From NCBI GenBank assembly GCA_965221125.1, contig CBDCRW010000003.1, positions 320,001 through 384,000 of the forward strand: 64,000 nt of DNA. The letters are read 5' to 3'. The stretch's first letter is position 1; the number at the start of each line of letters is the position of its first letter. Of this stretch, positions 56,126 through 64,000 are shown one piece after another. The notes under the pieces were generated by a model. The model made no database searches and was not told where the DNA came from. It saw only the letters and a program-made list of their open reading frames with translations. A program made the translations under genes and the position numbers. The DNA comes from Alphaproteobacteria bacterium (GTDB lineage Bacteria > Pseudomonadota > Alphaproteobacteria > UBA828).

Positions 56126-56920
56126 TTACCGCGGGAACGTCGCGCCGTTGATGTCGATCACGGTGCCGGTGGCGTGGCGGGCGGCGCCGGAGGCGAGGAA
56201 GGCCACGATGTTCGCCACTTCCTCGGGCGGGATCAGCGTACCCAGCGCGTTCTCCGCGAGCGGGCCGCGATCGCCGGTCTCGTTGATGTAGTCCCACGAC
56301 ATGTCGGTGCCGACCCAGCCGGGCGCCACCGCGTACGAGAGGATGCCCTCGCCGCCGTGGGTGCGGGCCAGCGTGTGGCTCAGCGCGTTGAGGGCGCCCT
56401 TGCTCGCCGCGTAGGAGCCGAGCAGCGGCTTCTCGCCGCGGTGCGCGGCCCGGCTCGAGAGGTGGATCAGGATGCCGCCGCCCCGCGCCTGGAAGTGCTC
56501 GACGGCATGGGTGGCGAGCGCGGCCGGCGCGAGAAGGTTGATCTGCAGCGTGCGCTGCCAGACGGCGCGCCAGGCGGCGGGCCAGCCCGCGTCGTCGCTG
56601 ATCGCGGGCTCGGCCTCGTAGACGGCCGCGTTGTTGACCAGCACGTCGATGCGCCCCTGCCAAGCGAGCGCCTGCCGCCAGAGCGCGTGCGGCGCCGCCT
56701 CGTCGCCCAGGTCGGCGCCCACGACGTGGCAGCGCTCGGGCGCGGCTTCGGCCAGCGCCTCGGCTGCGTCCCGCCGCGTGTTGTAGTGGATGACGACGGA
56801 CGCGCCGCCATCCAGCAGCGCACGCACGCAGCACGCGCCGATGCCCCGCGATGCGCCGGTGACCAGCACCACCTTGCCGTCGACGCCGACCGTGTGGTCC
56901 GCCCCGCGATCGTCAGCCAT
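56126..56920 (-). CDS. SDR-family oxidoreductase
   Basis: TGASRGIG, LVNNAA, YAASK, APGWVGTDM. Confidence 0.9.
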   Translation of the reverse strand: MADDRGADHTVGVDGKVVLVTGASRGIGACCVRALLDGGASVVIHYNTRRDAAEALAEAAPERCHVVGADLGDEAAPHALWRQALAWQGRIDVLVNNAAVYEAEPAISDDAGWPAAWRAVWQRTLQINLLAPAALATHAVEHFQARGGGILIHLSSRAAHRGEKPLLGSYAASKGALNALSHTLARTHGGEGILSYAVAPGWVGTDMSWDYINETGDRGPLAENALGTLIPPEEVANIVAFLASGAARHATGTVIDINGATFPR

Positions 56921-57062
56921 CGCCTCCCCCGTCGCTCTCGACAACGAAATTACGAGACCGACCATACAGAAGGCGGGAGCGCCGTGACACGTTCCGCACA
57001 TTTCACGGCCGGCGCGGGCGTGCCATGCTGGCGCGCGGCGGCGGCTAGATGGGCGGGCGCCG

Positions 57063-58415
57063 ATGGGCAAGCGCATCCACCTCAACGCGTTCTCGATGAA
57101 CTGCGTCTCCCACATCCAGCACGGCCTCTGGGTGCGGGACGACACGCGCCAGCGCGCGTTCAACCGCATCGAGCCCTGGATCGAGCTCGCCCGGCTGCTG
57201 GAACGCGGCGGCTTCGACGCGCTCTTCCTCGCGGACGTGATCGGCACCTACGACCTCTATCGCGGCGGGCCGGAGACCGCGATCGAGGAAGCCGTGCAGA
57301 TCCCGGCGAACGACCCGATGCTGCTCATCCCGGCCATGGCGACGGCGACCGAGCATCTCGGCTTCGCCTACACCAGCTCCGTGCTCCAGGTGCCGCCCTT
57401 CACCTTCGCCCGCCAGATCTCGACGCTGGACCACATCACGCAAGGCCGCATCGCCTGGAACATCGTGACCTCGTACCTGCCGAACGCGGGCACCAATCTC
57501 GGCTTCGGCGGGCTGCCGCCGCACGACGAGCGCTACGCCCGCGCCGAGGAATACTTGCAGGTCACCTACAAGCTCTGGGAAGGAAGCTGGGAGGAGGACG
57601 CGGTGCTCTGCGACACCGAGCGGGGCGTCTACGCCGACCCGGCCAGGATCCACCCCATCGACCATGCCGGCGACTACTACGAGGTCGCGGGGCCGCACCT
57701 CTCCGAGCCCTCGCCGCAGCGGACGCCGCTGCTCTTCCAGGCGGGCTCGTCGGACCGGGGGCGGGAGTTCGCCGCCACCCATGCTGAGTGCGTCTTCATG
57801 TTCGCCTCCATGCGGAGCCTCAAGGCGTCCACCGGGGTGGTGCAGGACGTGCGCGCCCGCGCCGCGCGGCGGGGCCGGGCGCCGGAGGACATCCTGTTCT
57901 TCCAGGGCGTCACCCCGGTGGTGGGAGGCACGGAAGCGGAGGCCGAAGCCAAGGCGGCCGGGTACGTGGAACAGTCGAGCGTGGAAGGCGGGCTCGCGCA
58001 CATGAGCGGCAGCGTCGGCGTGGACCTCGGCGCCATCGACCTCGACGCGCCGCTGGCGAGCCTTGAGACCGAGGCCATTCAGGGCGTCGTCCGGGGCGTG
58101 ATCGAGTCGGCGCCGGACAAGTCGCTCACCTTCCGCGACCTCGTGCGCTCGCGCGCCTCCGGCCAGTTCCTCACCGGCACGCCGGAGCAGATCGCCGACG
58201 CGTTTCAGGCCTGGCACGAGGCGGGCGTGGACGGCTTCAACATCGTCTACGCGGTGACGCCGGGCACCTTCGCGGACTTCATCGAGGGCGTGGTGCCGGA
58301 GCTGCGCCGCCGCGGGCTGGTGCAGGAGGACTATGCGCCGGGCGCGCTCCGCGAGAAGCTGTTCGGGCAGGCGCGGCTCTCGGCGCGACACCCCGCCGCC
58401 CAATACCGCCGCTGA
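57063..58415 (+). CDS. FMN-dependent monooxygenase, NtaA/DszA (luciferase-like) family
   Basis: ERGGFDALFLAD, TLDHITQGRIAWNIVTS, SPQRTPLLFQAGSS, DGFN, VVPELRRRG. Confidence 0.92.
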   Translation: MGKRIHLNAFSMNCVSHIQHGLWVRDDTRQRAFNRIEPWIELARLLERGGFDALFLADVIGTYDLYRGGPETAIEEAVQIPANDPMLLIPAMATATEHLGFAYTSSVLQVPPFTFARQISTLDHITQGRIAWNIVTSYLPNAGTNLGFGGLPPHDERYARAEEYLQVTYKLWEGSWEEDAVLCDTERGVYADPARIHPIDHAGDYYEVAGPHLSEPSPQRTPLLFQAGSSDRGREFAATHAECVFMFASMRSLKASTGVVQDVRARAARRGRAPEDILFFQGVTPVVGGTEAEAEAKAAGYVEQSSVEGGLAHMSGSVGVDLGAIDLDAPLASLETEAIQGVVRGVIESAPDKSLTFRDLVRSRASGQFLTGTPEQIADAFQAWHEAGVDGFNIVYAVTPGTFADFIEGVVPELRRRGLVQEDYAPGALREKLFGQARLSARHPAAQYRR

Positions 58416-58428
58416 GAAGGAGGACGCC

Positions 58429-58950
58429 ATGGACGCCGACGAACTCAGATCGCTGCAGGCGCCGCTCAAGGAGCGCTACCGCGAGGACGCGGACGCCGCG
58501 CTCATCGTGCTCAAGGCTTCGGGCGCGGTGGACGGGGCGGGCATCGCCTGCTCGGTCGATACCGGCAAGGCGCTGGTGGAGGCCGGACTGCACCCCTCGG
58601 GCGGCGGCACGGGGCTGCAGGCGTGCTCCGGCGACATGCTGCTGCAGGCGCTCGTCGCCTGCGCCGGCGTGACGCTCAAGGCGGTTGCGACCGCGCTCTC
58701 CATCGATATTCGCAACGCGCGGGTCAGCGCCGAGGGCGATCTCGACGTGCGGGGGACGCTCGGCGTCGACCGCGACGCGCCCGTGGGGTTTCGCGCGATT
58801 CGGCTCCACTTCGCGCTTGAGAGCGATGCCGCGCCCGAGGACATCGAGAGGCTCTACAAGCTCACCGAGCGCTACTGCGTCGTCTACCAGACGCTCACCG
58901 GCGGCGCGCCGGTGACCGTCAGCCGCAGCGGCGCAGCGGGCGGGAGCTGA
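58429..58950 (+). CDS. OsmC/Ohr family protein
   Basis: LQAPLKERYR, CSGDMLLQALVACAG, TERYCVV; AGGAGG RBS. Confidence 0.9.
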   Translation: MDADELRSLQAPLKERYREDADAALIVLKASGAVDGAGIACSVDTGKALVEAGLHPSGGGTGLQACSGDMLLQALVACAGVTLKAVATALSIDIRNARVSAEGDLDVRGTLGVDRDAPVGFRAIRLHFALESDAAPEDIERLYKLTERYCVVYQTLTGGAPVTVSRSGAAGGS

Positions 58951-59000
58951 GCGGACGGCAGCATGGCCAACACCCAGCGCGCGGGGTAGAAGGCGCGATC

Positions 59001-60584
59001 ATGGCCGGCAAGAGTGCATTCCGCCCCGTCGTCCTCTGCGTGCTGGATGGCTGGGGGCACCGGGAGGAGACGGCGCACAACGCCATCGCCCTCGCCGAGA
59101 CGCCGGTGTGGGATCGGCTGATAGCCCAGCGCGCGTGGGGACTGCTCGCCACCGCCGGCGCCGCCGTGGGGCTGCCCGAGGGCCAGATGGGAAACTCCGA
59201 GGTGGGGCACATGACTATCGGCGCGGGCCGGGTCGTGCTGCAGGACCTGCCCCGCATCGATGCCGCCGTGGCCGACGGCTCGTTGGCGCGCAACCCCGCC
59301 CTCCTCTCGCTGATCGAGCGGCTGCGGGAGAGCGGCGGCCGCTGCCATCTGATGGGCCTGGTCTCGCCGGGCGGCGTCCATTCCCACCAGAATCACATCT
59401 TGGAGATTGCGCGGACCGTGAGCGAGGCCAGCGTGCCCGTGCGGGTGCACGCCTTCCTCGACGGCCGCGACGTGCCGCCGCGCTCCGCCATCGAAGACCT
59501 GCCGCGCTTCGAGGCGGGACTTCGCGGTCTCGCCGACGTGCGGATCGCGACCGTCTGCGGCCGCTACTACGCCATGGACCGCGACCGGCGCTGGGAGCGG
59601 ACGGCGCGGGCCTACGACGCCCTGGTCTCCGCGCGCGGCCGGGCTGCGGAAAGCGCCGTGACGGCCGTCGCCGAGAGCTACGCGCAAGACGTGGGCGACG
59701 AGTTCGTTGAGCCCGCAGCGATCGCTGGCTACGCGGGCATGGCGGACGGCGACGGGCTGATCATGGCCAACTTCCGGGCCGACCGCGCCCGTCAGATCAT
59801 GGCGGCGCTGCTCGACCCCGCCTTCGACGGCTTCGCGCGCGAGCGGCGCGTGCGTTTCGCCGCTTCTGTCGGCATGTGCAGCTATTCCGAGAGCCTGGAT
59901 CGGCTGGCCGGGACGATGTTCCCGCCGCAGCAGGTGGCGGACGGCCTCGGCGCGGTCGTCTCACGCGCCGGGCTACGCCAGCTCCGCATCGCCGAGACCG
60001 AGAAGTACGCCCACGTTACGTTCTTCCTCAACGGCGGCGAGGAGCGCGAGATGCCGGGCGAGGAACGCGTGCTCGTGCCCTCGCCCAGGGTGGCGACCTA
60101 CGACCTGCAGCCCGAGATGTCGGCCGCGGAGGTCACGGACGGCGTGGCGGCGGCCATCGCGGGCGGCCGCTTCGATCTGATCGTCGTGAACTACGCCAAC
60201 CCGGACATGGTGGGCCACACGGGCGACCTGCAGGCGGCGATGGCGGCGGTCGCCGCCGTGGACCGCTGCCTCGGCCGGCTCGCGGATGCGGTGGAGGCTG
60301 CCGGCGGCGCGCTGCTCATCACCGCCGACCACGGCAACGCCGAGAAGATGCAGGACGGCGAGACGCCGCATACCGCGCACACGCACGGCGCCGTGCCTGC
60401 GGTGCTCGCGGGCGCGCCGGGCCTCGCGCTCCGCGACGGCGCGCTCGCCGATATCGCGCCGACGGTGCTCGACCTGATGGGCCTGCCCCAGCCGGCGGCG
60501 ATGACCGGGCGCTCGCTGGCGTTCGCCGCGCCGACCGAGGACGCGGCGCGGGCTACGCGCCCCCGGCAATCACGGGCTCGATAG
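59001..60584 (+). CDS. gpmI: 2,3-bisphosphoglycerate-independent phosphoglycerate mutase
   Basis: LDGWG, GQMGNSEVGH, GRYYAMDRD, AETEKYAHVTFF, NPDMVGHTG, ADHGNAE. Confidence 0.96.
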   Translation: MAGKSAFRPVVLCVLDGWGHREETAHNAIALAETPVWDRLIAQRAWGLLATAGAAVGLPEGQMGNSEVGHMTIGAGRVVLQDLPRIDAAVADGSLARNPALLSLIERLRESGGRCHLMGLVSPGGVHSHQNHILEIARTVSEASVPVRVHAFLDGRDVPPRSAIEDLPRFEAGLRGLADVRIATVCGRYYAMDRDRRWERTARAYDALVSARGRAAESAVTAVAESYAQDVGDEFVEPAAIAGYAGMADGDGLIMANFRADRARQIMAALLDPAFDGFARERRVRFAASVGMCSYSESLDRLAGTMFPPQQVADGLGAVVSRAGLRQLRIAETEKYAHVTFFLNGGEEREMPGEERVLVPSPRVATYDLQPEMSAAEVTDGVAAAIAGGRFDLIVVNYANPDMVGHTGDLQAAMAAVAAVDRCLGRLADAVEAAGGALLITADHGNAEKMQDGETPHTAHTHGAVPAVLAGAPGLALRDGALADIAPTVLDLMGLPQPAAMTGRSLAFAAPTEDAARATRPRQSRAR

Positions 60585-61944
60585 CGGCGCCCAGCCGCAA
60601 CAGCCGTTCCTCCTCGCCGGGCGGGGCCATCAGCATGAGGCCCACCGGAATGCCGTTCCCGTCCCGCCCGCAGGGTAGCGTCAGCGCGCAGCAATTCAGG
60701 TAGTTGCCGATGCGCGTGTTGCGGAGCGCCGCCGTGTTCGCGGTTCTGTAGACCTCGGCGTCGGCTTCGAGCGCGGCGATGGGCGGCGGGCTCTCTGCCG
60801 CCGTCGGCATGAGGAAGACGCCGTGCCGCCTGATCCGGGCGTGCAGTGCTGGGGCGAGCGCGGCCAGCCCCTGCTTCGCCCGCGCGGCATCGGTGGCGGA
60901 CATCTCCGCGCCCACGCGAATGCGCTCCCAGATCGGCGCGTAGATCAGGTCGGGATTCGCTTCGATCACGTCGTGCCAGAGCGCGTGGCACTCGGCGGCG
61001 TGATAGGCGCCGAAGCGGCCGACCAGGTCTTCGACCGCCTCGAACTCGGGCACCGGCGTCTCGTCGATGGCGCAGCCGGCGGCACGGAGCCGCTCGACCG
61101 CGCCCCGCGCCGCAGCGTCGACGCCGGGATCCAGGGCCTGCCACACCAGCGTCGTCGGCAGCGCGAAGCGGGCGCGGGAGAGAGAAGCGCCCGCGAGGTC
61201 CGGCGCGGGACGGTTGCCGGCGCCGACGCGCCCGTCGAGCACGGCGAAGAGCGCCGACGCATCGGCCACGTCGCGGGTGAGCGGGCCCACCGTATCCATG
61301 CTGGTGCTGAGCCCGAGCACGCCGTCGAGCGGCAGCAGCCCGACGCTGGTCTTGAGCCCGACGAGGCCGTTCCAGGCCGCCGGCACGCGGACGGAGCCGC
61401 CGGTGTCCGAGCCGATGGCGGCGGCGGCGAGGCCGCGCGAGATCGAGACCGCGGCGCCGGACGACGAGCCGCCCGGTATGCGCGGCACGGCCTCATCGAA
61501 GGGGTTGGGCGGCGTGCCCATCCTGGGGTTGAGGCCGAGGATGGAGAAGGCGAACTCGGTCTGGTTGGTCTTGCCGAGGCAGACCAGGCCGGCGCGGGTG
61601 GCGCGGGCGAGAACGGTCGCGTCGCGCTCCGCGATGCGCTCGGCCAGCGCCGGCGTGCCGTGGCTGGTGACGTCGCCCGCGCTGTCGTAGAGGTCCTTCC
61701 ACGAGATCGGCACGCCGTCGAGCGGCGACTGCCTGATGCCGGCTTTCGCGCGCCGGTGGGCGGCCTCGGCCTCGGCACGGGCGCGGACGGGCGTGAGGCG
61801 GAGATAGATCGTGCGGTTGCCGTCCACCGCCTCGATGCGCTCGAGGAAGTATTCGGTCAGCGCGCGCGGGTCGATGGCGCCGCTCCCGATGCCGGCGCCG
61901 AGCGCCAGCGCGCTCATCCGATGCCACTCGCCGCTCATCGCCAT
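60553..61944 (-). CDS. Amidase-signature family amidase
   Basis: DGVPISWKD (Lys), GGSSSG, GSDTGGSVRVPA. Confidence 0.9.
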   Translation of the reverse strand: MAMSGEWHRMSALALGAGIGSGAIDPRALTEYFLERIEAVDGNRTIYLRLTPVRARAEAEAAHRRAKAGIRQSPLDGVPISWKDLYDSAGDVTSHGTPALAERIAERDATVLARATRAGLVCLGKTNQTEFAFSILGLNPRMGTPPNPFDEAVPRIPGGSSSGAAVSISRGLAAAAIGSDTGGSVRVPAAWNGLVGLKTSVGLLPLDGVLGLSTSMDTVGPLTRDVADASALFAVLDGRVGAGNRPAPDLAGASLSRARFALPTTLVWQALDPGVDAAARGAVERLRAAGCAIDETPVPEFEAVEDLVGRFGAYHAAECHALWHDVIEANPDLIYAPIWERIRVGAEMSATDAARAKQGLAALAPALHARIRRHGVFLMPTAAESPPPIAALEADAEVYRTANTAALRNTRIGNYLNCCALTLPCGRDGNGIPVGLMLMAPPGEEERLLRLGAAIEPVIAGGA

Positions 61945-62112
61945 GCCCCTCCGGCCGCTCCCCTGCCCCCGACGGGCCTCCTTAGCGGACGGAGTCCGGG
62001 CGGCGCAAGGAGGGTGCGGTATGACGCGCGCGCGTGGTATAGATTCGCCCGCGGCAGTGCGCCGGCTCGACGGCACGGCCCATCGAATCGAAACCATGCC
62101 AGGGAGGCATCA

Positions 62113-63690
62113 ATGGCGATGAAGATTACGCGACGGCAAGCTCTCAAGGCCGGCGCCGCAGGCGTGGTGCTCACCTCGCCTATCGGTATTGCACCCCGGT
62201 TCATCCGGCCCGCGCGGGCAGAGGGCCTCGCGCCCGGCATGACCGGCGGCCCCACCGGCTTCGACGGGGCGGAGCGCTACCAGTACGACGAGACCATGTC
62301 CGAAGGCCGCGCGGTCGAGGGCATGCGCAAGTTGAAGGCGGAAGGCAAGGCGCCGGAAAAGCTCAACATCCTGATGACCGACGGCGCCATCGGCCACTTC
62401 ACCAATCCGTGGCCGCCGGACGGGCCGACGCTGCAGTCGATCTGGGAGGCGGAGACCGGGGTCAAGCTCGAGTTCATCCCCGTCTCGCCGGAGGAGCAGT
62501 TCAACAAGGTGATCCAGGACGTCACCACCGGCTCCGCCGCCTACGACGTCTACACCTTCGGCTACGCCGCCATGGGCGATCTCTCAGAGGCCAACGGCAT
62601 CGCGCCGCTCGGCGAGTGGATCGAGAAGCACGGCGCCGACTTCGCCGATCCTGAGCGCGGCATGCCGACGCCGGAATCCTACGACATGCTCTACAAGTAC
62701 GGCGGCGAGCCGCGCTCCGTCTGCTACGACGGCGACGCGCAGGTCTGGGTCTATCGCAGGGATCTCACCGAGGACCCGGCGAACCAGAAGGAGTTCGGCG
62801 ACAAGTACGGCTGGGAGATCGGGCCGCCCCGCACCTGGGGCGAGTGCGACCAGCTTGCCGAGTTCTTCACCTCGAAGGGCATGCTCGGCAACGGCAACAT
62901 GATGAGCCACTTCTGGGGCATCAGCACCTGGTACAACCGCTACGTCAGCAAGGACAACCCCAACCAGCACCTGTTCGACGACGAGGGCAACCCGCTCATC
63001 GACACCGACGCCGGCATCCAGGCCACCGAGGAGCACGTCAGGAGCCTCGACTGGTCGGACAAGGGCGGCCTCGGCTGGAGCTGGCCCGAGTATTACGGGA
63101 ACATGGCCAACGGCAACTCGTTCATGCTCGGCACCTTCTCCAACTGCCCGAAGTTCCTCGACAATTCGGAGACCGCGATCGGCGGCAAGATGGGCTCGTT
63201 CCTGCCGCCGGGTCATCAGTTCGGCAATGACCTGGTGCGCCGCTCGACCATCTACCTCGGCAACAACGGCGGCGTCTCGACCCAGAGCGAGCATCAGGAG
63301 GCCGCGTATCTCTGGCTGCAGTGGTCGGGGTCCACGCGGATCTTCAGCCTGCTGACCGGCAATCCGGGCGGGTTCTTCGATCCCTTCCAGCTCGCCAACT
63401 TCCAGGATCCGCTGGTGATCCAGTCCTACAAGCCCTACCACGTGCCGATCATCGAAGGCACCGTGGCGCGCGCGGTGCCCACCATCGCCATTCCCGGCCA
63501 GTTCGCGATGCACAACACGCTGAGCGAGAATCTCGTCGCCGCGCTCGCCGGCGAGATTTCGTCCCAGGAAGCGATGGAGAACACCGCCAAGTCGTGGCGC
63601 AAGCACCTTCGCAAGAAGGGCGAGGACAAGATGATCGAACTCATCAACGCCGCGAAGTCCGGCTGGTCCACGGTCATCGATCAGGCCTGA
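62113..63690 (+). CDS. Tat-exported extracellular solute-binding protein (carbohydrate ABC family)
   Basis: GGAGG RBS; TRRQALK Tat motif; WEAETGVKL, YRRDL, PPRTW, EAAYLWLQW. Confidence 0.88.
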   Translation: MAMKITRRQALKAGAAGVVLTSPIGIAPRFIRPARAEGLAPGMTGGPTGFDGAERYQYDETMSEGRAVEGMRKLKAEGKAPEKLNILMTDGAIGHFTNPWPPDGPTLQSIWEAETGVKLEFIPVSPEEQFNKVIQDVTTGSAAYDVYTFGYAAMGDLSEANGIAPLGEWIEKHGADFADPERGMPTPESYDMLYKYGGEPRSVCYDGDAQVWVYRRDLTEDPANQKEFGDKYGWEIGPPRTWGECDQLAEFFTSKGMLGNGNMMSHFWGISTWYNRYVSKDNPNQHLFDDEGNPLIDTDAGIQATEEHVRSLDWSDKGGLGWSWPEYYGNMANGNSFMLGTFSNCPKFLDNSETAIGGKMGSFLPPGHQFGNDLVRRSTIYLGNNGGVSTQSEHQEAAYLWLQWSGSTRIFSLLTGNPGGFFDPFQLANFQDPLVIQSYKPYHVPIIEGTVARAVPTIAIPGQFAMHNTLSENLVAALAGEISSQEAMENTAKSWRKHLRKKGEDKMIELINAAKSGWSTVIDQA

Positions 63691-63807
63691 TCCGGAACGC
63701 GCCGATTCGCTCCGTCGTGGGCGGTGCGCAGCGTCTGCGCGCCGCCCGCTCCTCTCCCGGCCGTGCGTGAGCACGGCAAGCGGCCCGGAACCGCGGCCTG
63801 ACTAGCG

Positions 63808-64000
63808 ATGCAACGAGTCTATTACTCCCACCTCTGGCGCTACGCGCTGATCCTCGTCGCCGTGGGCATCGCGCTGCTGCCGGTGGTGTGGATGGCCACC
63901 ATGGCCTTCAAGCCGCACACCGAGTGGGTGTCCACCGCAGGCGACCTGCACTGGCTGCCGCGCGAGCCCACCTTCGCCAACTTCGAGTACATCTTCACGG
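63808..64000 (+). CDS. Carbohydrate ABC permease (MalG-like), 5' part; truncated by the window edge
   Basis: MQRVYYSHLWRYALILVAVGIALLPVVWMATMAFKPHTEW...PREPTFANF. Confidence 0.8.
   Translation, partial: MQRVYYSHLWRYALILVAVGIALLPVVWMATMAFKPHTEWVSTAGDLHWLPREPTFANFEYIFT

Noticed and set aside
60553-61944. gatA assignment for the amidase
   Set aside because: No gatB/gatC neighbours and no GatA-specific motifs recognised; called only as an amidase-signature enzyme.

Overview
GC-rich alphaproteobacterial chromosome segment, Rhodospirillales-like (class I LysRS, Tim44/fxsA/secB, serS-surE-nlpD-DUF815). Several accessory genes point to a marine-invertebrate (sponge-type) symbiont; this is an inference. 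The left 11.7 kb is the edge of an NHLP/proteusin-type RiPP cluster: a C39-peptidase ABC exporter, a second NHLM ABC exporter and a miniature HlyD-like adaptor that lacks its lipoyl and alpha-hairpin domains. These are interleaved with an MMPL/RND permease, a LolA-like carrier, an outer-membrane beta-barrel and a short flavin-dependent tryptophan-halogenase-like gene. No precursor peptide lies in the window. The middle holds nitrogen-scavenging and housekeeping genes (amiE, hydantoinase, polar amino-acid ABC, lutABC, mltA, secB, tatABC, an adenine-deaminase-like gene, hydantoin racemase). At 36.5-40.7 kb, a 3.3-kb segment carrying a secreted ankyrin/PG-binding/MORN-like/SH3/FGE-domain gene and a foreign permease fragment sits between two ~450-bp direct repeats of the livM-pcaF junction; no integrase or transposase is present and both host genes remain intact. 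The right part has lysS, dinG, serS-surE-nlpD, a SprT protease, toxin-antitoxin genes, gpmI, an amidase and the start of a sugar-family ABC operon. Of the three TA loci in the window, two have decayed toxins. I saw no rRNA, tRNA, CRISPR array, transposase or reverse transcriptase. All calls come from reading motifs by eye; no searches were run.
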